DNA from: Thermoanaerobaculia bacterium
GTDB taxonomy: Bacteria > Acidobacteriota > Thermoanaerobaculia > Multivoradales > Multivoraceae
Direction: 5' to 3'
DNA: 64,000 nt
NCBI GenBank assembly: GCA_963664405.1
Contig: OY761158.1
Coordinates: 4,544,001 to 4,608,000 of the forward strand
The notes beneath the pieces are model-generated. The model worked only from the letters and a program-made list of their open reading frames with translations, was not told the origin of the DNA and made no database searches. Positions 21,636 through 31,309 of the stretch are shown here, in pieces. A program made the translations under genes and the position numbers. Position 1 is the stretch's first letter. The number at the start of each line of letters is the position of its first letter.

Positions 21636-21923
21636 ATGGCCCTAAGTGTCGATGAAGTAAGGAGAATTGCGCATCTGGCGCGCCTCCGCCTCTCCGCCGA
21701 GGAGGAAGAGGTCTTTGTTCCTCAGCTGGCTCAGATCATCGATTACTTCGACCAGCTGAAGGAGTACGGCTCGGAAGCGGAGATTCCAGAGGAGGCTCTT
21801 TGTCTCGAGGCCGAAGACTCGCCGGGCGAGTCTATGGATAGAGGGGCCTTCCTCTCCAACGCGCCCGATGCAATGGACACCTTCGTGCTCGTGCCACAAG
21901 TCAAGGTCACTGGAGATGAGTGA
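21636..21923 (+). CDS. gatC: Asp/Glu-tRNA amidotransferase subunit C
   Basis: EVRRIAHLARL, LSNAP, VPQV; precedes gatA. Confidence 0.92.
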   Translation: MALSVDEVRRIAHLARLRLSAEEEEVFVPQLAQIIDYFDQLKEYGSEAEIPEEALCLEAEDSPGESMDRGAFLSNAPDAMDTFVLVPQVKVTGDE

Positions 21924-23412
21924 ACTTTGGAGTTGGTCGGCCGAGGAGCTGGCAAACGCAGTACGCGGGCGGGAGCTCTCGGCTGCTGAAGTCGTCGGCG
22001 CCGCGATCGAGCGAACCCAACAGGTGGAACCTCTCCTCGGCGCGTATCTCGACCGCTTCGAAGATGAGGCACTCGAGCGGGCTGCGGACATAGATCGCCG
22101 ATGCGCAGCGGGTGAGGACCCTGGGGTTCTAGCTGGGGTGCCGGTTGCGCTGAAAGACAACCTCAATCTCGAGGGCAAGCCCACGACCTGCGGCTCGAAG
22201 ATTCTCGAGGGCTATGTCTCTCTCTACACCGCGACTGCTGTCGAGAGATTGCTCGATGCCGGTGCGGTGATTCTCGGGAAGACCAACCTCGACGAGTTCG
22301 CCATGGGCTCCTCGTGTGAGAACTCCGCATTCCATCCGACCCTGAATCCCTGGAACCGGGAAACGGTCCCTGGAGGCTCGAGCGGCGGCTCGGCCGCAGC
22401 AGTGGCCGGCGGAAGCGTGCCGTTGGCACTTGGCTCCGACACCGGAGGGTCGATTCGTCAGCCCGCCGCTTTTTGCGGAGTAGTAGGCCTCAAGCCCACT
22501 TACGGCCGTGTTTCTCGTTACGGCCTGGTGGCCTTCGCATCTTCGCTGGATCAGATTGGCCCCGTCAGCCGGAGCACTCGCGATGCGGCACTCTCTCTGT
22601 CGGTTATCGCCGGAGCGGATCCGCGCGATGCGACGAGCTCTGCGGAGCCGGTCGGGGACTACCTCGCCACCCTCGAGAACGGTGTAGAGGGGCTGCGGGC
22701 CGGAATTGTAGAAGAAGTAGACACTTCCTCATTGGAGCCAGGGGTCAAGGAAAACTGGGAACAGTCGCTGCGAACATTGCAGGCCTGTGGCGTAGAGATC
22801 GAGAGAATCTCGCTGCCCCATCTGCCAGCAACGATCGCGGTGTACTACGTCATTGCCAACAGCGAGGCGAGTGCCAATCTCGCTCGCTTCGACGGCGTTC
22901 GCTACGGTCACCGAAGCGAGCAGGCGGGTGGTCTCATGGATCTCTACCTCGAGAGCCGCGAAGAGGGCTTCGGCGCTGAGGTGAAGAGGCGCATTCTTCT
23001 AGGTACCTTCGCGTTGTCGTCGGGCTACTACGACGCCTACTACGGCCGGGCCCGGAGCGTGCGTACAGCTTTGCGACGACAGTTTCAGCAGGCGCTGACC
23101 GAGGTCGATGTGATTCTCACACCAACCTGCCCGAGTGGGGCCTTCGGTATCGGTGAGAAGATCGACGATCCGCTCTCGATGTACTTGTCGGACATCTACA
23201 CAGCTCCGATAAACCTGGCGGGTCTTCCGGCTGTGGCGGTCCCTTCGGGCTTGGACTCGAAGGGTATGCCTCTGTCGTTGCAGATCGTCGGTCGTCCTTT
23301 TGAAGAGGCGACAGTCCTTCGTGTCGCTCGCGCTTTCGAGCGTGAGAACGCAACGAGCTTCTGCCCGCCATTGGGAACAGTGGAAGGCCGCGGTGCGGCG
23401 GAGGCCGGGTGA
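21916..23412 (+). CDS. gatA: Asp/Glu-tRNA amidotransferase subunit A
   Basis: Amidase signature GGSSGGS, GSDTGGSIRQP, SANLARFDGVRYG, EVKRRILLGTF. Confidence 0.96.
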   Translation: MSELWSWSAEELANAVRGRELSAAEVVGAAIERTQQVEPLLGAYLDRFEDEALERAADIDRRCAAGEDPGVLAGVPVALKDNLNLEGKPTTCGSKILEGYVSLYTATAVERLLDAGAVILGKTNLDEFAMGSSCENSAFHPTLNPWNRETVPGGSSGGSAAAVAGGSVPLALGSDTGGSIRQPAAFCGVVGLKPTYGRVSRYGLVAFASSLDQIGPVSRSTRDAALSLSVIAGADPRDATSSAEPVGDYLATLENGVEGLRAGIVEEVDTSSLEPGVKENWEQSLRTLQACGVEIERISLPHLPATIAVYYVIANSEASANLARFDGVRYGHRSEQAGGLMDLYLESREEGFGAEVKRRILLGTFALSSGYYDAYYGRARSVRTALRRQFQQALTEVDVILTPTCPSGAFGIGEKIDDPLSMYLSDIYTAPINLAGLPAVAVPSGLDSKGMPLSLQIVGRPFEEATVLRVARAFERENATSFCPPLGTVEGRGAAEAG

Positions 23413-25163
23413 GGGGGCCAGTGGTGAGAGTCGGGTGGGTCTCGGCGGCGGCGTTGACGTTGCTTGTGCTGTCACCTCCGCGGGCTGGGGCAGAATCCTC
23501 GAGGGCTCGTGTCGACGGGGCTGCAGTCGCGGTGGTCACCGACTCCAACGAGCTTTTTCTCGAGGCGCCGCCGCTGGCAAACGAGGGGTGGATCCGATTC
23601 ACTCGACGCTTCTGTGCTTCGGACCAGGCTCGCTCCGAGGTCGAGGCCTACAACGGTAAAGCCACCCGTCTGCTCCGTGGTGTTCGCTACAAGGTCCCTT
23701 TTGGGCTGCTCCATGCGAAGTATCAGTTGGCGGTGATGCAGGCGTTGTTCGCAGACGATCTCGTCGGCAGTAGCGGTTGGCGTCACTATGTTCGCGGCGC
23801 CGAAGGTCGGACAAGTGAGAGTCTGTGGTCCATCTCGCAGTGGTTCACCGGCAGCGGCGAGAATTTCTCCGAGCTGCGCCGTCTGAATGCGCTCGACGAC
23901 GAGTTCCTGGCAGAGGGTCAGGAGGTGCTCATCTCGCCGACGCTCCTGCGGCAATCGCTAGCCGCTGCGCTGCCTTCGCCAACGTCCGCGTCCTCGGAGG
24001 TGGGGCTCGAGTACGGGCGTGACCAGGGCGGGCAGTTCGCCGTCTATCGGCTGCGGGCCGGCGAGGCGCTCTATTCGAGCGTAGTCGTGCGCCTGACCGG
24101 CCGGATCCACGCAGATGACGTCAATGAGCTAGTGGAGGGTATTGCCGAGCGTAGTGGGATCTCCGACGTCCGTACCATTCCCGTCGGCTACCGAGTAAAG
24201 ATCCCTGTCGACGTATTAGCCCCCGAGTTTCTTCCCCCGGCTCATCCGCGCCGTCTCGAGTACGAAGAGGGACGGTCGGAAACGGCGAGGTACACAAATC
24301 GGGCTCGCTCGAGGGACCTGGCGGGTGTGACTGTGATCCTCGACCCGGGGCACGGCGGCCGCGATGTCGGCGCCTCGATCTCGGGCGTTTGGGAGAGCGT
24401 CTACGTCTACGACATCGCGTTGCGCGTGCGGCGGGTCCTGCAAGACCGGAGCGCCGCCAAGGTCGTGCTGACCACCAAGGACGGCGCCGAATTCAGAGTC
24501 CAGGAGAAGGACGTGCTCGGCACTTCTCGTGGTCACAAGGTGCTGACCAGGCCTCCCTACGCGATCAGTGACTCGAAGGTGTCGAGCAACCTCCGCTGGT
24601 ACCTCGCCAACAGCGTCCTTGCGCGCGCGGTCGAGGCCGACAAGCGTGCCGACAAAGTCGTCTTCGTCTCCATCCATGCCGACTCGCTCCATCCGTCCTT
24701 GCGTGGGGCAATGGTCTATGTGCCTGGCCTACTCAAGAATCCTTCGAACTATGGGAAGACCGGAGTTGTGTACAGCTCTCGCCAGGAGGTCAAGGAGAGG
24801 CCGCGAGTGACCTTCAGCCGTCAGCAGAGGGTTGAGAGCGAGGGGCTCTCCCGCGATCTCGCCGGCCACCTGATCGATACTTTCAGGGAGAACGGACTCA
24901 CAATCCACGCCAACAAGCCCGTTCGCGATCGCGTGATTCGGGCGAACCGCGCCTGGGTGCCGGCCGTTCTTCGCTTCAATGCCGTGCCGTCCAAGGTGTT
25001 GCTGGAAGTGTGCAATTTGGCCAACGCCGAGGATCGCAGACTTATTCGCACAAGCTCCTTCCGCGAGAAGGTCGCGGCCGGAGTAGCAGATGCAATCATC
25101 TCCTACTACGGCGTCCGGCAGGACCACTCCGAGCCTCCGCAGGTCGCGAACCTACGGAAATGA
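23409..25163 (+). CDS. N-acetylmuramoyl-L-alanine amidase (Amidase_3) with N-terminal LysM-like regions
   Basis: Signal peptide; ILDPGHGG, VSIHAD, VLLEVCNL; LysM-like ESLWSISQWF...LRRLNAL and YRLRAGEALY. Confidence 0.85.
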   Translation: MRGPVVRVGWVSAAALTLLVLSPPRAGAESSRARVDGAAVAVVTDSNELFLEAPPLANEGWIRFTRRFCASDQARSEVEAYNGKATRLLRGVRYKVPFGLLHAKYQLAVMQALFADDLVGSSGWRHYVRGAEGRTSESLWSISQWFTGSGENFSELRRLNALDDEFLAEGQEVLISPTLLRQSLAAALPSPTSASSEVGLEYGRDQGGQFAVYRLRAGEALYSSVVVRLTGRIHADDVNELVEGIAERSGISDVRTIPVGYRVKIPVDVLAPEFLPPAHPRRLEYEEGRSETARYTNRARSRDLAGVTVILDPGHGGRDVGASISGVWESVYVYDIALRVRRVLQDRSAAKVVLTTKDGAEFRVQEKDVLGTSRGHKVLTRPPYAISDSKVSSNLRWYLANSVLARAVEADKRADKVVFVSIHADSLHPSLRGAMVYVPGLLKNPSNYGKTGVVYSSRQEVKERPRVTFSRQQRVESEGLSRDLAGHLIDTFRENGLTIHANKPVRDRVIRANRAWVPAVLRFNAVPSKVLLEVCNLANAEDRRLIRTSSFREKVAAGVADAIISYYGVRQDHSEPPQVANLRK

Positions 25164-25263
25164 TATTGATCATTTTCTTCGGCCGTCGGCCTCTGGATGC
25201 GCCGTCCTCGGCGCCTGTGTCGACTAGCCGAGGGAAATGATATTGATCATTTTCTTCGGCTAG
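25156..25263. repeat. Second copy of the REP-like composite element
   Basis: GGAAATGATATTGATCATTTTCTTCGGC at 25156-25183 and 25233-25260; GATGCGCCGTCCTCGGCGCC 25196-25215 identical to 21550-21569. Confidence 0.85.
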
Positions 25264-25931
25264 GGAACAAAGGCCAGCCTTCTTTTGTCTAATTAGTAAG
25301 AGGGATGTCAGCAGCCGAGGCACTTACAGGCAGGATCTCATCGAATCCGGACCTGGATCTGGCCGATCGACATCGATACGGAGATGCCACTGCCTTCGAA
25401 GAGATTTACGAGCGTTTCGCTCCGATGGTCTACAACCTGTGCCTACGGCTCTGCGGCAACTCCTGCCGCGCGCAGGATCTGAGCCAAGAGATCTTCCTTC
25501 GCGTTTTCAAGGGACTGAAACGCTTTCGGGGCCAATCGTCTCTACGGACCTGGATCTATCGCATCGCGCTGAATCACTGTCGTAGCCGTCTGGGGCGGAA
25601 AAAGTTGCTCCTCGAAGAGTTATTGGTGGCAACGTTTGAAAAGTGAGCCGTTCACCGTTTTGAAAGTGAGCCACTCTCAGCAAGTTTGAGTGTACGGGAT
25701 TTCCTGTCTTTCTCCCTTCTTCAGTGCTTCAGTACTAGATCGTCGTCGTCGCGGGTGCGGTAGCTGTGGGAAACCGGTCTGCCGGTTTTCCAAGGCCTGC
25801 GTGGAAACGGTCTGCCGTTTTCCGCAGGCGGTCAGATTCCGCAGCCGATTCCGGAGCGACGGCCGCGCGGAGAGGCTCGTAGAGGCCCGATCTCTGCCTG
25901 GTGCAGGCCGTAGGTACCCCTCGAGAGCGGC

Positions 25932-26684
25932 TCATTTGACTTTTCTCCGAGAGCGGGTGCGGTACGAGGAGCCCTTGGTGGTGAGGATGTGGGCATGATG
26001 CGAAAGCCGATCCAGAAGCGCCGTCGTGAGCTTTTCGTCGGCGAAGACCTTGACCCATTCTGAGAACGCCAGATTTGACGTCACGATCGTGGATTTCCTC
26101 TCGTATCGATCCGCGAAGACGTTGAAAAGGAGCTCCCCTCCAGCCCGGTCGAACGGCACAAAGCCCACTTCGTCGCAGACCAAGAGGTCGACTCGTAGAA
26201 GGCGTTGCTGGAGTCGGCGGAGCTCGCGGTGCTCGCGCGCCTCGAGCAGATCGCGGACCAAGTCGGAGACCTTGCAAAAGAGCACACGGTACCGGCGCTT
26301 CGCGGCCTCGATGCCCAGTGCAATACCCAGATGCGTTTTTCCCGTGCCGATCGGGCCGACCAATATGATGTCCTCGCCACGCTCGATGTACTCGCACGAG
26401 GCGAGCTCGTTGAGCTTCGGCTTGGAGACTCCAGACAGGGCGTTCCAATCGATCTGCTCGAGTGTCTTGTGGTCGGGGAAGCGAGCCGACTTGAGCCGGC
26501 GCTGCACGGTTCGGGCTTCTCGGTCCCGGATCTCCGTGTCTAGCAGATCGCGCAGGTAGTCCTCGTAGTCCCACTGGCCGTCCTGAGCCTGCCGGGCTCG
26601 ATCCTCGTAGTCTCGAAGGACGGAGGGAAGCTTCAAGCTCCGCAAGTACTCCTGCATCACCGCCCGACGCGCAGCCCGGCTCAT
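25932..26684 (-). CDS. istB: IS21 helper ATPase IstB
   Basis: [39 protein letters not shown]. Confidence 0.95.
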   Translation of the reverse strand: MSRAARRAVMQEYLRSLKLPSVLRDYEDRARQAQDGQWDYEDYLRDLLDTEIRDREARTVQRRLKSARFPDHKTLEQIDWNALSGVSKPKLNELASCEYIERGEDIILVGPIGTGKTHLGIALGIEAAKRRYRVLFCKVSDLVRDLLEAREHRELRRLQQRLLRVDLLVCDEVGFVPFDRAGGELLFNVFADRYERKSTIVTSNLAFSEWVKVFADEKLTTALLDRLSHHAHILTTKGSSYRTRSRRKVK

Positions 26685-28129
26685 GACACAGACCCCTCTA
26701 GCAGCGCGTCGAAGTCAGCGGCTCGAGCGGATTCGATCTCGTGCTCTTTGAGACCCTCGGGAACCTCGTTTTTCGAGGGCTCAACAGGCCGCTCGAGACT
26801 CAGCAGGTCAAAACGACCGGCACCGAGTGCTTCCTCGAGCGCCACGGCTACATCCTCGGTCCCGTGATCCAACACCGAGCCCAGCAGTTTGGCGAACAGT
26901 CGCGCTGTTTCCAAGGCTCCATAGCGCGAGTCCAGCATCGTCCAGAGCTTGCGGTACGGCTCGCCGAGCTCGGCCAAGAGCTCCGGCGCCACTTGGCGCA
27001 CCGCCTGCGGCTTGCGAGCGAGCTCGTCGAAGTAGTGGGAATAGAGAATCTCTCGTTTCCCCCGACGGACACGGCGAGAGTGAACCTCCTCGCCGCGGCA
27101 CTGAAACGTGATCTCCTCGACTCCGATCAGCGCTGAGATCTGCAGACTCTTCCACCGTGACGGTACCGAGTAGGTCGATCCCTTCACCTGCACCATCGCC
27201 TGGCGGGATACCCGCACCACTTCCGGCGATCTGGGGTCGAACGCGAACCGCGGGAGCTCGAGCATCCCTTTCAGCTCCTCCTCCCACTTCGGCCCCGCCT
27301 TGCTGTGGAACGCCGATTCCACCGATGCGAGAACGGACTCCGCGATCTCGGTCAGAGATCGACCCCGAGGCACTGGCGTCAGATGCGCCAAGCGTAAACC
27401 CTTGCCTCGAGACTCCACGCTCCCCTTGTCGTGACCCTCACCGGGACGCGCGAAGCAAGCCTCGAACAAGTAGTGGCTCACCAACGCTTGGAATCGATCC
27501 GTCAGTACCCGCTCGACGCCCACCCGGCGACGGACGGCTGCTGTCAAATTGTCATAAACACAACGATGGGGAACGCAATCCAGGTACGCGAAGGCTCGAA
27601 CGTGACCCTCCAGAAACGACACCTGGTCCGCGCGATCGTAGAGCCAGACGAACGAACGGCCCGAGTACGGAAAGTGCATCACAAACTTCCACACCCGGTG
27701 TGCGGTGCCGTCTTCTTCGACCGTGACCTCGAAGAAGTCCACCTGCGCTTCCTCCCCAGGGCGGTGGATCAGCGGGATGTAGGCCTCCTGACGCTGACGC
27801 TTCCACTCTCGAAAGTAGCTCCGAACGGTCGTGATCCCGACCTCCAAGCCTTCCGACACCAGCTCGCTATGCAGACGACTCCCCGTGATCCGCTGCTTGC
27901 GAGTCGTCCGTCTCGACCAATCCTCAAGAAGCTCCTCCATACGCGGAGCCACCCGCTCCAGCACCATGCGACGGCGCGGTGCCAACACCACCCGCCGAGG
28001 CTCGCTCATCTCCCTGTACTTGCGAACCGTATTCCGGCTCACTCCCAGCTCAAGGGCCACCGATCGCTCGCTACGACCCTCGATCAGCACCTTGTGCCGG
28101 ATAACATGTACCTGATCCATCTTCAGCAT
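26681..28129 (-). CDS. istA: IS21 DDE transposase IstA
   Basis: [37 protein letters not shown]. Confidence 0.95.
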   Translation of the reverse strand: MLKMDQVHVIRHKVLIEGRSERSVALELGVSRNTVRKYREMSEPRRVVLAPRRRMVLERVAPRMEELLEDWSRRTTRKQRITGSRLHSELVSEGLEVGITTVRSYFREWKRQRQEAYIPLIHRPGEEAQVDFFEVTVEEDGTAHRVWKFVMHFPYSGRSFVWLYDRADQVSFLEGHVRAFAYLDCVPHRCVYDNLTAAVRRRVGVERVLTDRFQALVSHYLFEACFARPGEGHDKGSVESRGKGLRLAHLTPVPRGRSLTEIAESVLASVESAFHSKAGPKWEEELKGMLELPRFAFDPRSPEVVRVSRQAMVQVKGSTYSVPSRWKSLQISALIGVEEITFQCRGEEVHSRRVRRGKREILYSHYFDELARKPQAVRQVAPELLAELGEPYRKLWTMLDSRYGALETARLFAKLLGSVLDHGTEDVAVALEEALGAGRFDLLSLERPVEPSKNEVPEGLKEHEIESARAADFDALLEGSVS

Positions 28130-28504
28130 CCTTCCTCCAGTAGCTCAGTCCTTTTTCACAAGACCAAGCTACCGTCTTTTGGCCGAGGGTGGATCACTTT
28201 CTAAGCGTTGGCTGGCTCACTTTTCGGGCGTTGCGTCCAAGTTATCGACCGAGATTGAAGAGGGCGCTCTGCCCGACCCTTCTCGGGGTCCGGAGGAGCG
28301 CCTCATGGCCAGTGACTGCGGTCGACGAGTGGCGGATGCTCTAGTGCAGCTCCCTCGTTGCTTTCGCGAGGCGGTAGTACTGCGAGACATCGAAGAGCTC
28401 TCCTACGACGAGATCGCGACAGTACTCGGAGTCCGCATTGGGACTGTCCGCTCTCGAATCGCACGTGGGCGGGACCGCCTTCGCATTGTCTTGGAGGCTA
28501 GTGC

Positions 28505-29176
28505 ATGAGCACCCACCCCGCTACGCACCTACTTTCCGCCTACCTCGACCGGGAGCTGCATGACGAAGAGAAGCAGGTCGTTGCGCGTCACGTCGAGGAA
28601 TGTAGTGGTTGCCAACATCGCCTCGACGGGCTCCGCCGCGTCATCGACGAGCTCAGAAGCATCCCTGCGGCTCAGCCTCCAGAGCTCCTGACGAGGAGGA
28701 TCGAAGGGCACCTGGCCCGTGCCTGGCGTGAGAGGCGAGTGCAGAGCCCACTCGCTCGGGGTCAGGGCGAGCTCTTGGCGCAGCCTGGTTTACGACTTGG
28801 CTTCGCGTTGGTTATTTCATTGGCCTTGATGACCTTGATCTTTGCCCAGGGACTCTCTCGTCGCGACCACAGTGGCACTACTCTGGTGGTGCCGCCGGAG
28901 GCTACAGTTGTGGATCCCGCAGAGGGTCAGAGCCTCGAGATTGGCGGGCGTGTCTTCGGCTTCCGGACGGGCCGTTGGGTCGAGGTCGGTCTCGAGACTG
29001 CGGCGACGCGTATCTTGGTAACCTCTTCAGCGGAGGCCCGTCAGCTGCTCGAAGGTCAACAGTGGCTATCAGAGCTCTTGGCTCCGGGCCGTGGGGTGGT
29101 GCTGGCTTGGGAGGGAGAAGTGCTCGAGCTCGTACCGCTCCCACAGCTCAAGAAGAGCCAGGAGAGAGGTTCTTGA
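28505..29176 (+). CDS. Zinc-finger (ZAS, zf-HC2) transmembrane anti-sigma factor
   Basis: LLSAYLDREL...HVEECSGC (HxxxCxxC), one TM segment; ATGA overlap with the sigma stop. Confidence 0.85.
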   Translation: MSTHPATHLLSAYLDRELHDEEKQVVARHVEECSGCQHRLDGLRRVIDELRSIPAAQPPELLTRRIEGHLARAWRERRVQSPLARGQGELLAQPGLRLGFALVISLALMTLIFAQGLSRRDHSGTTLVVPPEATVVDPAEGQSLEIGGRVFGFRTGRWVEVGLETAATRILVTSSAEARQLLEGQQWLSELLAPGRGVVLAWEGEVLELVPLPQLKKSQERGS

Positions 29177-31214
29177 TGTCGGCTACTGTGAAGCTTCCTT
29201 CGGATAGCTCGACTACGTCCCCGAGTTCCTTCCCGAGAAGCTTACGGGCTACTTCGGACTCGTAGGACAGGATTCCCTCGGTCGGCGCGCTCTCCCAGGG
29301 TCCGAGGATGCTCAGGGTCTCCTCGCCGCCGTCTCCGTCTTTGAGAACCACGGTGGTGCCTACTCGCACTGCGCTTGCGTCGATACTATCGAGCTCCAGA
29401 GGCTGTGATCGCTCGAGCTCGTCGTTGAGGTGCTGGGCGCGAGCAGTTAGATATTCGTGGCGCTGACGCGCCGACTTGTACTCGAAGTTCTCCCTTAGAT
29501 CTCCCATCGCTCGAGCCTCTTCGATGGCCCGACGATTGGCTGGGATCTCCTCCTCGAGAATGGCTTTGAGCTCGGTCCTCTTGGCGTCGATCGACCCCTG
29601 GAGCGCATAAAGGGGCTCATTGGTCTCCCGCAGGCTGGGGAAGCGCAGGAGCAGGGCATCTTCCAGTGCGCGGCGTTGATCGACTCCCAGAGCGGAAGAG
29701 CGGCGGACGTCCTCGAGTGCGTCGACCGCGTCTTCTTCGGAGAGGTGGTCGAGGAGCCTCGGGATAGTTCCACCGGACTCACAGAGTTTGCTCAACCGCG
29801 CGCGGTGGGCCGAGAAGGCGTCCTGGGACAGCGAATTGAGGATCTTCCGAAAGAGCCTTGCGCCGCCGGTCGCCCGTAGCGCCTCCTCTTCGGCGGCAGT
29901 TTCCGCGATCCATGTGAAAAGGGCCGGCGCCTTCGCCGGACGAGCGAGGCCCCTCTCTATCGTTCTCTTGAACGCTCCGGGATCCTCACTTCTGAGGCCT
30001 TCGATCAGCAATGCGACGAGCCCGACGTAGGTCTCCGAAGGGATCGCGGCCTCGTACTCCTTGATCCATTCCTTTCGGATCTCTCGAGCCAGTCTGTAGG
30101 CTTGGTCCCGCATCGCCTTAGAGTCGACCCCAGCGACGAGCTGGGCCAGGGACCCCACCGAGCCGACGAGCTCACGAGAACTTATCTCGGATTGGTTGTC
30201 GTCACGCTCCAAGGCGAGGGCGATCTCGAAAGCGAGGCCGGTCTCTTTCCCCGCCTTCCTTTTGGCGATGGCGAGAAGGTCGGCCCGCATCTTGCCAAGA
30301 AGATCGCTGTCCTGTGAGGAGGCGCGGCGAAAGAGCTCGATCTTGCGCCTGGGAGATGCAGCGTCGAACTGTTGCGACATGGCGCCACTGGCCTCTTCGC
30401 TGGTCGTGGCCCAGGTATAGGCGTTGCGCACCTCACGACTCGAGACCACCTGAGGGTGCCGCTTTGCCGTTGTCCACCAGCTGTTCCACTTCTTGAGGTC
30501 TACAAGGCCGTATAGCGCGTCGCGGATCTCGCTGGACAGCAAGGGTCGGGAAAAGCTGATGAGTAGCTGTTCGAGGAGCTCGGCCGGAGGCAGGCTCGAG
30601 AGAGTCTCGGGCTTGGTTCGCTTTCTGACCAGGAAGTGACTCTCGTCCAGCGCTTGCAAGACTTTCGTCGCCGCTCGGAATCCGACTCTGACGCTTCCCT
30701 TCCCTTCGACCTCGACCTTGAATCCCTGCAAGCCGTAATTGACTTCTTCCACACGGCCGGCGCCTTTACCCTCTAACCAGACGATGGTTCCCTCGGTGTA
30801 TTGGAGCAGGTTCTCGAGCCGAGCAATCTGTCCCCAGGTGTGGCTGGCGTCGCCTCTTCGCCCGATCTCCAGAGTCTCGATGAGGCCCTCGAGGCTCGGA
30901 TTGGCGCTGTGTAGATCTCGTAGCCGCTCCAAGGTGGCCGCGTGAAGCCGGGCTTTCGGTACTGCTACTTCGCCGACGGCCTGAAGCAGATCCAGCCGCA
31001 TCTGATGCATATCCTTGGCGATGAGCGCCTCGTCTAGAAGCTCCAGAAGAGTCCGAGCCAGTGCCGGCTGGCCTGTAGCGGACAAAGTGCGAGCGACGGA
31101 GGAGAAGAAATCGAGGTCGTCCAGATCTTCGTCGACCCTTTCGAGCCAAGCCGTTTCGACCGCGTCGAAGTCTCCGCGCTCTATCCGTTGGCGCATCTCT
31201 CGTGAAAAAGCCAT
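29148..31214 (-). CDS. GreA/GreB elongation factor with large N-terminal extension
   Basis: C-terminal ARAMGDLRENFEYKSAR, ILGPWES, LSYESEVARKLLG; about 530-aa N-terminal region. Confidence 0.85.
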   Translation of the reverse strand: MAFSREMRQRIERGDFDAVETAWLERVDEDLDDLDFFSSVARTLSATGQPALARTLLELLDEALIAKDMHQMRLDLLQAVGEVAVPKARLHAATLERLRDLHSANPSLEGLIETLEIGRRGDASHTWGQIARLENLLQYTEGTIVWLEGKGAGRVEEVNYGLQGFKVEVEGKGSVRVGFRAATKVLQALDESHFLVRKRTKPETLSSLPPAELLEQLLISFSRPLLSSEIRDALYGLVDLKKWNSWWTTAKRHPQVVSSREVRNAYTWATTSEEASGAMSQQFDAASPRRKIELFRRASSQDSDLLGKMRADLLAIAKRKAGKETGLAFEIALALERDDNQSEISSRELVGSVGSLAQLVAGVDSKAMRDQAYRLAREIRKEWIKEYEAAIPSETYVGLVALLIEGLRSEDPGAFKRTIERGLARPAKAPALFTWIAETAAEEEALRATGGARLFRKILNSLSQDAFSAHRARLSKLCESGGTIPRLLDHLSEEDAVDALEDVRRSSALGVDQRRALEDALLLRFPSLRETNEPLYALQGSIDAKRTELKAILEEEIPANRRAIEEARAMGDLRENFEYKSARQRHEYLTARAQHLNDELERSQPLELDSIDASAVRVGTTVVLKDGDGGEETLSILGPWESAPTEGILSYESEVARKLLGKELGDVVELSEGSFTVADIKNLSPGSS

Positions 31215-31258
31215 GGGGCGAAAGAAGATATCAGAGGTTCACCCCTGTTAGGGGCTCA

Positions 31259-31287
31259 TTGACCAACTTCCTGACCGAGACTAGAGT
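31259..31287 (+). promoter_or_regulatory. Sigma70-type promoter of the RodZ-like gene
   Basis: TTGACC-17nt-TAGAGT. Confidence 0.55.
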
Positions 31288-31309
31288 ATCAGCGGGTAGC
31301 TCCACTCCG

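Larger units (their letters stand above)
25624..28239 (-). mobile_element. IS21-family insertion sequence, complete (2616 bp)
   Basis: TG...CA ends, imperfect IR TGGtgGCAACGtttGAAAAGTGAGCC / TGGacGCAACGcccGAAAAGTGAGCC, second subterminal repeat at each end, AGTTAT duplication at 25618-25623 and 28240-28245. Confidence 0.95.
25305..28508 (+). pseudogene. ECF RNA polymerase sigma factor interrupted by IS21
   Basis: Region 2 (AQDLSQEIFLRVF..SLRTWIYRIALN) 25305-25623 and region 4 (FREAVVLRDIEELSYDEIA..GTVRSRIARGR) 28246-28508 rejoin in frame (193 aa) when the IS and one duplicate are removed. Confidence 0.92.

Noticed and set aside
21636-23412. gatB absent after gatCA
   Set aside because: Separation of gatB from gatCA is common, so not notable
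25690-25998. Passenger ORF inside IS21 (102 aa, + strand)
   Set aside because: Overlaps istB antisense and is built from the hairpin repeats; no protein-like features
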